Below the pieces are notes generated by a model. It was not told where the DNA came from. It ran no database searches and worked only from the letters and a program-made list of their open reading frames with translations. This document shows positions 46,401 through 63,000 of a DNA stretch of 64,000 bases, in pieces (the first letter of the stretch is position 1; each line of letters begins with the position of its first letter). The position numbers and the translations under genes are program-made. This stretch comes from Balanoglossus misakiensis (Eukaryota; Animalia; Hemichordata): assembly GCA_040954595.2 (NCBI GenBank), contig CM082580.2:3028783-3092782 (forward strand), written 5' to 3'.

Positions 46401-49400
46401 GGCTGAGATTCTGTCATTACAATCTTTTGTATTTCTGCAGAAACACCGACGACCGACTGCACTGACTTGACCCTGGCGCCGCCGCCGCTGTTCCTTAGAC
46501 TTATTTTTAAAAACCTGTCGCATTAACGGTTTGGGGATACACGGCACTAGGACTAGGTTTATTTTTTATAAACTTCACATGAAGAACAACATTTTTCCCA
46601 ATAAAAATGCAACTGGTGGCATGACTTTGCCGGCAAACTGAACTTTCAATGGGTCGCCTTTTCTATACTGTCCTTTTGCCAAGTTCAGTTCAGTTCTAGA
46701 GTGTCCAAGTAATTGCCCCAGACATGAACAATGGTCACATGGTGACAGCACGCACTAGTACACATGTAGTCCCCTGGACTATTATTAGTATTAACCTTGA
46801 CATCTGAGCAACCCTGACTGTGACTGACTGCGTAAATCTATTGAGGACAACAAAGTTCAAATCATTGTGGGGATCACATACAGTACACAATTCTATCCAC
46901 TCCACTGATATATTCAACATTCATACACATTCAATCATCTTTCATTTTCATTTCCAAATGCATGCTGACTTTAAATTTGTCTACAGCCAAAACTTAAAGT
47001 GAGAGGGTAGCATGCTACAGAACCAAAAGTTCTGTATAAGGTCATGGTCACATGTATGCTGCATGTATTATTAGAAACAGGTCATAAATGTGTATGCTAT
47101 ACTGTACCCTACGATTTAGTAAATCAACTTTTGTGGGTCATGAACTCTACTGTTCATGTAGGAAAGGTTAAAACTAAGCGAAATACATGTATATACACAT
47201 GTATGTAGAAGAAAATCACAAACTTAGATAAGGGTCATGAATTGTTTATTGACAATATGCAGCATAGCTTTATTTCATTGAGATTTTGACCTCTTCGGTC
47301 TATAAAAGCTAACGCAGCATGAAATCCACAATTAAATGCCTGCTTAACCCCTTGTGAATGAGTGCTATGTTCTACACTACCAGTGTTGTACATGTATTCC
47401 TTGAATACACTGATAACCTGGTAATTATTCAAACAGTCTGATTGGAATAACACGGACACAGCAATTTATATGGCTTTGTAAATTGAACATGTTGACAACA
47501 CTTGAATGCAAAGTACGTCATGGAAAGTGTGAGCCTGGCACAGTTAAAAGATCTGTGCTAGTATTCAGGTCATGGCCAAATATGCGTTGCTGTATTGTGT
47601 TCTTGAACAGAAAAAGGTAGCAAGTATATGTGTACACTACACATCATGGTTTTGTGAAGAATCCTGTGTATTGAATTTGTGGGTCATGAATCGAAGTGCT
47701 CACATAAAAAAGGCTAAAACCAACCGAAATACGCATCCAGTTATAATCAAAACTTGTACAGCTTCAAGTACATACAGTTCTGGTAGTAAGCAAGGATGAT
47801 AACAGAAGGTTTAGAATAGTTTCTTGCCAAAAATCTGGATTTTGTAACAGAATTTTAGTATACACATAGTTTTTAGCAGAAGTATTCTATTATTATTATT
47901 GTTAAATTTCTTACATGAGTAAATTATGGTGTACTCTGCTTAATACATCTACAGAACAAGAGTAGGGCTGCCTAAACAACTGATTTCTGATTACTCCAAA
48001 TGATTACTGATTACTCTGCAGGTATGGGTCAAAATAGGCTTAAAGTGTAACTACTAGTACTACAATGTATTTTATCGCAAACATAGTGGTTGTTCTTTCA
48101 TGGCAATCATTGTTTTCTTCTTTTTTATATCACATTCCAAGTTATTTTGATATAAACAATGTGTTATGGTTGACAGGGTCTCCCTGAACAGCAGCAGGAA
48201 TAATAGAATCTCACACTCCAAAGGACCTGGGATCATATTTCTCACACAAGTTTGTGATTTTTTGTCCCACACGAGCCGCAGACAAGAGTGGGACAAAATA
48301 GCCCCGAGTGTGAGAAATATGATCACAGGTCCTTGATGTGTGACACGGTCACAAATTAGCTAAATTCGTATTAAAAAAATTGAATAAATGACTCTGGATC
48401 TGTTGTCTGGCATGTTGTAGTCTCTGTCCGTGTACTACACATCGCGCTATTGGATAACATTTAGTGCATGTTAACTAAAGCCAGAACGCTTTGTAATCCA
48501 ATCAGCCCTTGTTGCGTCATTCACAGCTTTCCATTCAGTGAGAGTTTGGGATCGATTTGTCCTCACAGTCACACTCTGATCCCCTACTCTCACCATGCCA
48601 GAAGTGTGAGAACAATATTATCCATATTAACAGAAAAGTCACACATGTGCACTTAAAATGATCCCCCTCCTTTACTGGAAATTTAGAACCTGTATGTAGA
48701 TAGATGTAATGAATGTAGCGAGTGCTGCTAGGTTGCAGATAGTGCTGCGAACAACATTGTCAACCTTGCAGCACCCGCTACAATCAATGCAGCTAGCCTA
48801 ACAGCACTTTCATGTTTTTCATAATTGAGGTTTTGTGCTTTCTTGCACCCCCCCCCCCCCAGTAGCTACTAGTATTATTGTGGGGTCAGTCGTTGAATGA
48901 AGATGTTCATGACCTATTGTTAATAAGTTTACTAGGTCAGGGCACGGTTACTAGAAACCGTGGTCAGGGACAATTTCATTCATCGAGCGACTCACATGTG
49001 ACACTATACTATAATAGATTGCAGCATGGAGCTACCAATATGATTGCAGCTAGCTATATGTACCGTTATATGCATCCAAATCCAACTCTTTTATTAGTCA
49101 CTGCCTGTAACTGTACCCTGTTGAATATACACATTACGTAATCATGAATGTAACTAACATTACGTAATATCTAAGAGATATCAGTTATGAAATGCTGGTA
49201 ACAGAATTTCTATGTCATGCTGATTTTTTTTTTACTGAAATGTGTGCAACATACCCTCAAATAGGGGTATAGTGGCATGTGAAGTGTGTAGTGTTTTATG
49301 AAGCAAGTGTACTGTTTTGACCAGGGCAATACATACGTTGTAAATTACAATGTACAACATTCCGATTTTGACCGAAAATTCAAAAATGATTAGAAAATTC

Positions 49401-49701
49401 CATAAATATCATCTAAACGTAGTCACCTGCCAGTTTTCGGGTGTAATTGTTTAAGAAATAAAGGAGACCATATTGGGTTATAATAAAACATGGTCACATG
49501 TGTAATGTAGGTTGCCTGCGTGACCGTTCCGTCGTCCAACGTTGTCCGCGCGGTGGTATGAACTTTTTTGCGGCGGCGTCGTGTGCGAGACGTTTGCACT
49601 GGTTGAAAAATGGGCTGATAATTTGGAGGGGACAACTGAAAAGCGGCACGTACCTTTACAGTCTGCAGAACAGACCTCGATGCGATCCGTAAAAGCGACA
49701 T
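40425..49701 (-). CDS. CS: Citrate synthase, mitochondrial, 10 exons, about 467 aa
   Basis: Exons 49701-49654, 46145-46092 (possible alternative acceptor at 46139), 45908-45801, 45350-45153, 44906-44718, 44188-43989, 42484-42355, 42010-41909, 41474-41265, 40589-40425 (1404 nt). Motifs [56 protein letters not shown] and IERPKS. Confidence 0.97.
40726..41177. mobile_element. Older MITE with about 65-bp imperfect TIRs (CCCT...AGGG ends)
   Basis: CCCTAAAAAATTGCATCAGAAGGTTTCTCAACAGTTTTCTGTGGTACTGAATCTCCTT is mirrored by AAGGAGATTCAATACTACAGAAAACCATTGAGAAACCTTTTGTTGCAATATTTTAGGG. Confidence 0.7.
42754..43055. mobile_element. piggyBac-like MITE; partial copy at 54483-54649
   Basis: TTAA-CCCTAACGCTGCT ... 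AGTAGCATTAGGG-TTAA. Confidence 0.8.
43230..43307 (-). ncRNA. Box C/D snoRNA, copy D (CS intron 42485-43988)
   Basis: Almost identical to copy C with intact boxes and stem, and in the same orientation as the CS host transcript. Confidence 0.78.
44314..44532. mobile_element. MITE, same family as 21821-22032
   Basis: Same TIRs, and the interior is the near reverse complement of 21821-22032. Confidence 0.85.
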
Positions 49702-50207
49702 TTTGTATGCGTTACAGTATCCCAACTTCCACACACTTCACACAATGTCTCGCCGGCTGTAATGTAGGCTGCCTGCACAGGGTGAACAGACACACAGACA
49801 GTTTCTGTAAAGTCCTGAAAGAGCATGCGCAAATATTTTTTTACACCTAGGACAATCTGCAGATTTCAGGCTTGTGGATTCGTCTTCTTTTTAAAGAATG
49901 AAATTAGATTTTACTAAAGAAGTTACTCATTTCTAATACAATATATGCATTTGAAGCACAATTCTGAAATGATAATGGTTTACTCTAATTTCTATGTTTT
50001 TAGTATATCGAATAAGCAGCTTTTATACAAACATCAGTTCAGTGTCGGCGTTGAGTGTCCAGATTGATTGCCCTTGAACCGGAGATCAGCAGGTAAAAGT
50101 CCAATTTGGTTGGTATTCTAGTGGTTGTATGACGCCTGTATGTGGTAAAATACACCTGTTCTATATCATTACGCCAGGGTTAGTCGTATCTGCTAAGTAA
50201 TTTCTGG
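49702..50207. promoter_or_regulatory. Bidirectional CS/secernin promoter region
   Basis: The CS ATG (49701, minus) diverges from the secernin first-exon region. Contains an NRF1-like GCATGCGC near 49823, an Inr-like TCAGTT near 50034 and a donor CAG/GTAAAA at 50093. Confidence 0.55.
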
Positions 50208-51869
50208 ATGGCGTCGCGTATTTTTTCCGTTTTCCATCACTCCCGGCGCATTATGTCAGCGATGACTGGGAGATGTCCATATTTAGCAGTTGAGGCGTCT
50301 CACATTTGTAGCTCTCTTAGGCACACGAATAGTGAGTACAATTGTGGTAGTTTAGACCTACTACAAGGGATATTAATCCCCCACCCTTTTTTATCGGACA
50401 ATCCGGATGGTATTCTATGTACACCTCCACTACTTCCTTACATTCCATGATTTTGAGGGGGGCGTGTCCCTTCAGTGTTTAATAGTCATGTACATAAAAT
50501 ACTGCAATTGTGATGAGATTGGTGGCAAGAACTCAATCGTTATGAAAGACGCATGAAAATATGGTGTTTGTAGCGTTGATTTCAGCATCCACAGTCACAG
50601 AAAACATGTGAGAGACACGTCTCGCACAAAGAATAATGGATCATGCACGGCCAGTCTCTCCTTTCCAGAGCTTTCTCTGTCACTGTCTGCTCATTGAAAT
50701 AATGCAATACCGACATTACGAAGTACATGCATAGAATGTTTAATGAATTACATACACGTTGGTCATTTTACTGGGCTGCTTATTGTTTTACTGTTTGAAT
50801 TGAATACTTGAACCAATGCATCATGTGTCACACATCCGTGTCACTATGTTTGTTATATTTTTCTTGATTATTTAATAGACTTCATTTTATTCTATTTTAT
50901 TCAAAATCAGTGATATTTAATCATTACGACTGTCATAGAATTAGAATTATTGTGCAAATATGTTCTTGCTGTACATGTGAGCCAAAACAGGATTTTGTAT
51001 GTTTGAGTTGACACTAGGACTTAAAATTTACAGGTAATTTAGTTTCAAAACTCATAAATAGTATTCACTCAGTGATTTGTGAAATGTGAGATTCATGTGA
51101 ACTACAAGAAAAAAGTGTATTTTTAAAAAACAGTATTCATAGCATAAAGAAATTGCATAATTTTACAATTTAAACTGGTGATACTGGACCAGTCTGGTAT
51201 ATCAGTGTTTTGATAGTATTTGTCACAGATGGCCAGATCATTTTCCAACTTTAAAAACAAATGTCATTTGAGCTATTGTTTTGCCTGAAAAGGACTTGAC
51301 AAATTAAATTGTTGCAATTCAAAAACACTTTTGAAAAATTAACAGGAATAGTTCGTATCAGGGTCCACAGTATTGTAGATTGCAGTTCAAATATAGAAAG
51401 CACAAGAATTGCCGTATACATTCGTGTATTTATTAGTGGTCATGTCTGAACTCTGTTCCATCATTGAGAAGTAATATTTTTATTACATTCCTCTACATAG
51501 ACAAAGTCATTTTATATCCAGTTATTTACAGTTCATATATTATCTCAAAAGCTTCAAAATGAAATCTGGATCGATCGAGTGTTAATTCGAAAGCAAATCA
51601 TGAACATCGCTGCATAGTGTAAAAGAGCAATCTGGAAACATGGCTGAAATGTTGCAGGCTGTAAGTTCTGCATGTGCGGTACATTAACTGAATTGTAGCC
51701 TAAGGCTTGAATGTCTGGATATTGCAGTCATTTTTCGTGCTTCATTTCTTACCTATCATTAATTCCCTTTAAACAGGTCAACCATCTGTAACCAAAAAAT
51801 TAGATTAAACCATAACATATTCCTACTATTGAACTGTGTGTAACATATTTGATTTGTAAAATGAGAAAC

Positions 51870-52040
51870 TTAAGGTATACAGACACCTCTATTTCACATA
51901 ATGGCTAAATGTCTAAGTCTTCGAATAACCGTTTGGTGATACACTTTTTTGTGTGTGTGGTCAAGTGTTAATCTGACATTGGCTAGATTTGAACTTGCCA
52001 TGGTAATTATGGCAAATCACATAGGTGACTGTACCTTTAA
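51870..52040. mobile_element. Kolobok-like MITE
   Basis: TTAAGGTATACAGACACCT...AGGTGACTGTACCTTTAA. Confidence 0.6.
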
Positions 52041-52672
52041 TAATGTCGACAACACTTGAGATATCCATTGTATTCATGATTGTTGGGTCAATGGGATCTT
52101 GAAGGTTTCTGGTGTCATCAGGGGGATATATTTTTATATTAGTGAGGGTATCCAGCAAAAGCAACCGAAAACTGTACCTTATTAATTCTAACCAGCTACT
52201 TTTTTCAGAATGTATGTACAGTAGAACGTAGATTAGCTGAACATTAATTATCCAAACTATTCGGTTATCCGAACATGCTTGTCCCCTGAAAATTTCAATG
52301 ATCTCTATTCATTTTCATTGTGCAGCATGGTGGTGATTATTGATATCCTTTTTGAAGTTAGTACATATACTTGTCAAGTTATATATTTTGATAATAGTGT
52401 TACAAGGTTACATGAATTGAAGGTTTTTTCATCATTTTGTTTGCTGGTACTTGGACGGCGAGTTGTGTTCAAAGTTGCTACTTTCACCCAGACGTAATTG
52501 CTCTGTTTTCCCCATGCATTGCACCATCTTCACATAAAATCATTTCCAATTTATATTGAACATGACTACATAATACATGTTCATAAAACTTTCATATCTG
52601 AAAACAGGAACATCAGTTTTATATTTGTGGTATATTATTCACACAGCTCAGTATCGGGGTCTTGGCGGACAG

Positions 52673-56038
<3,366 letters not shown>

Positions 56039-57091
56039 TTGGCCGCCACTCAAGTTTCACTTGATGACTTCTCCACTACAACCTTTTATTTCACCCAAAC
56101 TATTCAAAAGCCTGCTCTTGAAAGATAATCTAGAGAATGCATGCAGATCCTATCATTTCTTGTCTCCTCTAGTTTATTTGATCATCTGGGCTAGTCTGTA
56201 ATGGCAGAAATACGATGTGAAGTAACATAGTAGTATCCTGACATCCCTATTAAAGGCTACACATTGGATTGTAGTCAAGGTTTCCACTGATCAGAATATT
56301 GTAAAATTCGTGACAAGTCTCAACTGGCCGTGATTCCGTAGTCTTCTTGTCGTGACCATTGTTTGGATACAATATGTGTACTACACAAGGTGTTGTGTTA
56401 CATAGTGGATGTGTTTTTAGTTTATATTGTTTATCATAGTATTTTGCTGTGAGTGATGGAAAACAATGTCTTCTGTCTTTGCCACTTTACACATAAAAAC
56501 ATATCTGTTCTTGAAGTCTGATGTATCGGCAATTGTTTATTGTGATCATCAAAGAGATATCATATACCATAAACCAGAACTACTTAGGTTCGCAACTGCT
56601 AACACCATATGCAGAGCTGATATTTACAATTTTGAAGCTGATTTTGTGGTTTTTAGTCTTGAAGTTCAAACAAGCATAGCCTTTACAAACAAAATAGTTG
56701 TCTGAATTTGAAAATGATACTGTGCAATATTGCATGTACTGTGTTTTAGTTTGAATCACTTGCATGTATAGTGTAGATTTAAAACTGATTCTGTTCATCA
56801 TTGCCATCAATCAACACACTTTAATTAATAGTCTACCTAGTGTGCGTAGGATGCGTCTTTTCAAGCTGGATTTAAAACAGTAAAGAACACCAACTATAGG
56901 ATGTAGGTGCTAGAAACATCTCATGAAATTGATGTAAAATTGTTGCAATTTTTGAATGTAGTCTGACTACCATTTACTGAATATTAATGAATTCCATTGC
57001 ACAGAGATTGTTGCATGTGACAATTGAGATTACAGGGAGTTCTGTCATGGACTGTCTTAATACAAGTGAAATGGGGCATATCTTTGACCTT

Positions 57092-57401
57092 TTAAAGCGC
57101 GTAGCTCGTCTCACACGCATGTTCCAACTGTAGCCGCTGGTTACAGACGTTTAGTGAACAGTCAATCCCATAAGGCAGTGCTCTGTCCTAACAACAGAGA
57201 AGATGGCGGCGACCATAATCTGTGTCGGAGATCGGGAAAAGACACTAGCCTGGGTGAAAAGCAGGGACAAAACCAGAATCTACTTATACGGTGCGCATGA
57301 AATATGGAAGGAAGCGAAGGCAGTCCACTATTTGAATGCATCAAACGGAAAATTTGCTGGGAAGTTACGCGCATGTGCGTGAGACGAGCTACGCACTTTA
57401 A
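57092..57401. mobile_element. Kolobok-like MITE
   Basis: TTAA-AGCGCGTAGCTCGTCTCACACGCATG ... CATGTGCGTGAGACGAGCTACGCACT-TTAA. Highly similar to the reverse complement of 36523-36819. Confidence 0.85.
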
Positions 57402-60060
57402 GATGCAAAGATGGTCACAAGATTATCTTAACTTTGAAATAAACGATATATGGCCATACTTATTTTACAGAAAGTCTGCACAAGTGAAGGTTTCACAAAA
57501 TACTACTTATGAAGTTCCCATAGATTTATAATTTCTAGATTGTAAATTTCTGACGTGTACTGTTATTTTTAATGGTGACATAGATTGACACCTTTATAAT
57601 ACTATCTGCACATTTCTTGCCAAATTTTAGAATGTATTTTATGTCTTTGCCAGTACGGACAATAATTCTTTGTCATTCAGTAGATTAAATCCAGTATAAA
57701 CTACTAGATTCAGGTTAAACTGGAATGCAGCCATCATTCTTCCCTTGTACATGTATTTTGTAGTGCCAGCGCCATTATGTCCAGTTTACGCAGGAGTATG
57801 TACTATAAATTTGACCAGCACATCATGACCTTTGACCTTACACCTTCATAACACCAGTAAACTTCCCCTTCCTTGCCAAAAAGTCAGCAATGTTCTCTTC
57901 TGTGCAATGTAATACCTGAACACTGTTTGATGATAGTCTTGAATGATGTCGTGAGTTGAACCAACTTGTTAGTTATTCAGAGCAGTTGACTACATCAAAC
58001 TATTACAGAAAACAAATTTCTAAACAAGGGAAAGATTTCTCACATGGTAAAGACAATCCTTTTGGCAGAAAATGCATTTCCTGATGAGAGTATTTCCAGG
58101 TGAACTGAATTACTGATGAAACTGCGTAAAAGCATTTGGGGAAACTTCTCCATTGAGACTACTTACTACTTGCTTTTCAATTCCATTATTTACATTTAAA
58201 AATTTCAACACTTTAGTAATCTTGATAGTCACATGTAACGACGAAAAACACGGCCTTCATTACATGCTTGGCACTATAGCTGTTGTTGTTGTACAATGTA
58301 CTTAGTAGAGCTTGAGAAATGTTCAAATATTACTATAGACACTATATCATGTGCCTAATTATTTGGTGTGTTTTATCTAAGAAAAAATACCCATGGTGGC
58401 TGCTTTCTGCAGGATCAATAAAGTACACTACAAACAAAGTGCAAAGTGTCAGTATTGACTGTACCCCTCCAATTCTATCCCACAATGCACCATGTTTCCA
58501 AGATGGCAGTTAAGACAAACCTCCCCTATAGACAGGTTTCCTGATTAGACAGGTTTTACTTTAGTATGTTGACATCTTGAAGGATCACTAAAGCTTTGCT
58601 TCCACAGCACATTGTAACAAGACATTTGGCAAAAAGTAACCCGCCCTGATTTTGTAGCCCCTGCATATGTAGTACTGGGCTCTCTGTCGTTCAATGTATC
58701 TGTCCATCCTTCCGATAGGAGCCATTATACCTTGAGCAACCAATTTCATTCAGACTTGGTACATTGACAACGTAAACGGCTATTATATTAATTTTAAGAA
58801 ATTCGAATCAGGGCATCCGCAGGTAAGTATTATCACATGACGATGAGCTCTTTTATTAACTCAGCCATCACCTGAGGACCCTGTCAGAGCAGCAGAAATA
58901 TTGCTGATTATGTCAGGATAAAACTGAACACCCAACTTCTCATACTGCAAACATTTTTGATGGTTATTTGAAGAAATTTGCATACTCAGTTTCAAAGCAA
59001 TCAGATGCTAAGTTGTTTAGGAGGGGCAGGCACTTTTAGATGCAAAAAATCTAAATCACATGAGTTGTTTCTTGCAAGATTTTCCTGAAACACTACCCCC
59101 AAAATATAAATATCCAACAGCACTATAATTTGAACAAGTCATCGTCGTTGACTGAATTCCTGTTGGTTTAATGTGCTGAGTGTTGGTTTGTTTTTGCATA
59201 CTCTAAATGTAGTGTGGAATCTTTTGTTTCAGTGGAACCTTATTTTCTGGTTTGTGTCACTTTGATGCAAATGTGAAATGTCTGTGAATTTTTAGTCCTT
59301 TAGACCATGATCCAAAGACACCCACTGTTTGATTTGATTCCATTATAATTCTAAAGGAATTGGATAAAACAGCTAAAATCAAAGAACACAAATTTCACCA
59401 ACATTTGACGTAACCTTACTTAGGTTACCCCTAAGAATATTACTACCAAATTTCAAAGCAATCCAACAAGCATCATTCTAATCTAAAAGTCATCCCCAGG
59501 CACATCCATACAAACGACAACAGAAAATCTGTATAAGCTCTGTGTTGTTGGCCAGAGCTAATGAAACATAGGTAACACCAACCATTAGCTACCGGTATAA
59601 CCTTATTATTAGAGAAATGAATGTACATATCTACATATGTCAGATAATGATGAAATTTATTTAATACTCTAAGAAGACGAGCTGGTGGTTGGACATATCA
59701 CATGCAGAGAACGTCAAGCCCAACAGTAATTTTTGGATATTTACATGTAATTATTTGTAACCGTGACAGTGCTTTGGACTACAAGATATATGTGCACACA
59801 AAAAAGAGCAAGACTGGCAATAGATAGTAAAATTTGCTGTAACAGTGGCCGAATAAAGAAAAATTTGGCGCAATACCCCAATTCCACCCCCACCCCCCGA
59901 AATCAAATGTTTTGCCCCCTAAATTCAGACAGGTTCTATGAATATCCTCCATGCCATACTTACATATGGCATGGGAGCATAAAAAAATGTCATGTATTAT
60001 ATACACCAGGATTATACTCGCTGTCAGACCTTTTTCTTTCTCTCTCTTTAGTGACTCCTT

Positions 60061-63000
60061 TTAATGACGTTGATCTTCTCGATCATAATTTCTCTGTCTA
60101 TGCTGATATCTGTCACTATCATGCTGCCTACTCCTTTCCCTGTCTCTATCTAAATTCTTTCTTCTATCAATACTTCTGTCGTCTTCCCTGCCCCTATACA
60201 CATCTTGTCTTCTTCTGTTATCGTCTCTGTGCCAATGCCTATCCCCTTTCCGCTCGTCTTTCCAATGTGCCGATCTCCCAGATTCATGTCTCTCATCTCT
60301 GTCAACGCCGGATCTATGATCAGACCTTTCTTCTCTATGGACTCCATGCCTTTCTCTGCCTTTGCTTTTGTACAATCTCTCTTTGTCGTGGCTTCTCTCA
60401 CTTTCTTTAGATCGCTCTTCCTGTTCACTCCTTCCATTCTCAAAACTCTTTTCATGTTTCCTAAATGCAAGTCCATAATCCTTCTCTCCCTGACTGCTAC
60501 AGTGTCTGTCTCGTGATTTGTCTCTGTCATTCTTAATTATATGTTCTGCAGATTTCCTTTCCTTTGAAATATCTCTGTCCTTCCTCTGTGGACTGTGTGT
60601 TACTTCAATCCATTCTGGGCTGCACTTTCTTCGTTTCATTTTCTTGTCCATTATATCAGATTGACTGTCACTTTGACTGCCATCACAGCTTGATTCCTCC
60701 CTTGTTGCCTCTTTTCTTTTCCTTTTTCTTCCTTTGTCCTTCTTGTACTTTGTCTTTTCCATGTCACTTTCTGAGCTTGAGGATGAATGTTTTCGTTTCT
60801 GTTTCTTTTTCTTCTTGCTCTTTTTGTCCTCTTTCCTTTCCATTTTATCCAATTTCCTAGCAGATAATCATAAAACTTCTGTGTCAGAAAAACACGAATC
60901 AACAAATAAAGAAATTCACATCCATCAAAACTCAAGTTTGTACACAAATGTTATTTATAAAATATATGGCAATATTAAATATATCCTACAAACTTGTGCC
61001 TGGAAACCAGTTTGCCCTCTATTTTGAGGATTTCTATAAATTCCTTTGAGTCAGCCATATACCTTTACTAAAGGCTTTACATGTATTGTGGATAATTTTC
61101 TTGAGACACCAGTAAGTTTGATGAGTCGATGGCGTGTCATATGAGCTTGAAGGGCATACTGCTTCAAACTCACCTCAGTAATTTTTTCTTCTGTTTGGTT
61201 GTCAAGGATTTCAAGAAGCTAACTTCTGGATCTTCTTCATCATCACTGCCAACTAAATGCTGTTAAAAAAAACAGAGAGAGATGCTTCAGACATTGATCT
61301 GCAAAATCAGCTACACTAATATCAACATCACATGTTGAAGGAGGTGTCACTATTTGTGAACCAACCAGTACATTATGGCACATTACAATAATTATTTGTC
61401 AAAGCATTTCTTCTAGAATCACACAGAGCTGCATATTAGTTATGATGGTAAAAAGGTCACAATTTCTTCGGATACAATTGTCTCTGTCATGACCATTAAC
61501 CCTCTTGCTACCGGGGGTCATAACCCGTTGGGCTGCCGAGTCGTTCTGAGACCGCCTCCTTTTCGGTGTATGTAGAATCCGGCATTCTACACCCGCTGGA
61601 TTACCAGGGTTTTTGCCTGAAAATCGGGTTTTTGGAGGGTCATTTTAGCTGCTTTTGAACGTGCTAGACTTCAAGTTTGGCACAGTCCCGTGTCGGCGGG
61701 ACCTCAAACAACAATTAACCGGGTAAAAGTTGTGGGTCATCGGGTTCGTTCCCCTGGGAGGGGAGCGTCTGTCAACGTCGTTTCGAGGCTTACTTTTACG
61801 AAAATAAAGTTAGTGCGTTAGCACACGCCATATCACGTCACAACGACGACACAATTAGTTGTCAGTAGGGGACCCAGGGTGTACCGCCAGGGGTGTTCGG
61901 GCACCCCTTCCCCTGCCACTTTCCCGTAGGGTACGAGTTAGTTCGACACGTAATGCGAACGACTAGACACTGGCGCACAGTGTCCCACTCTACAGCCGCC
62001 CGACAACGACTCATTTCTTCAGACCAGACACACACGGACGTTGTGATAACGACTCATTTCTTCAGACCAGACACACACGGACGTTGTGATAACGACACGT
62101 TGGTTACTTACGCTCGGCAAACTGACGTTCAGTACGGTGTTAATACGCTATAATTTTTTTACGGCACAGGGTTGTACCGACACAGTCATAGGTATCCCGC
62201 AAGCTCTGCGGGCCCCATTTCACCATTTCGTCATGTTTCCCGAGTCGATCCCAAAACGCACTTTCCCAAACAGTGCTACCCACGAGTGCGTCCGACACCG
62301 CTGGCCATCGAAAAGGTCGATACCCTATGTCGTTGTGGAACCGTCTGTTATAGTAAACAATGCATCGATGCCAAGTACGTTTTTGTCGGACGCAAAAAAA
62401 CGGTCTCCCCAGGGTCGGGAATGACCGGCGGAATGTGCCTCTTAGGATAGTGTGCTCTTTGTAGGTCAAGGCAAAGAACCCTGTCGAGACTTTCCTGTCC
62501 TAACAGATATTGCCCTCAAAACAGTAGTTCAAAGTCAACCCGTTATAGCGAAGCGCACGCAAACGCCTAGAGACTCCAGCGGGTCGGTAAATCATATCGA
62601 TCCATACCGATTCGGTCATTCATCACTCGCCAACGTTCGACTTCTACCCACACCTGAAATCGGGCGCTCTGCTACGGACTCGACAGCGTTAGGGTTAACA
62701 ATGCAAGACTTGTCATCATGAACAATAAATTTCAGACTCAAAAATCATATTTACTGAGAGGTAAATGAAATGGAATAGAAATAATTCGCCATAACTGAAG
62801 GAGATTAATTTTATTACTAGTTTAAAAAAGCCCAGATTTTTTCCACTTTGCTCCTGAAACTTGTGGGCAAAATGCTACTGATTGAAAAAGGTTAACTTTG
62901 AGCCCTGTAAAAAAGAAAAGAAAATTTCTCATTACATTGTATGCTAGTTTCAACAGCTCACCTGGTTTTTCTCATCTAGGTTAACTCTTCTTCCCAGTAC

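Noticed and set aside
59763-61027. Long plus-strand ORFs (215 aa and others)
   Set aside because: They are antisense shadows of the low-complexity CIR1 last exon.
61680-61745. Twister-ribozyme-like words (CGGGTAAAAG...GGG)
   Set aside because: The conserved core and pseudoknot pairings are not satisfied.
62005-62096. 43-bp direct repeat as a CRISPR-like array
   Set aside because: Two adjacent units with no spacer, in a eukaryotic intron, make it a simple tandem duplication.
61893-62721. ORFs of 86-112 aa inside the piggyBac-like insertion as a possible transposase
   Set aside because: They are short, overlapping and lack DDD or cysteine-rich motifs, as expected by chance in GC-rich DNA.
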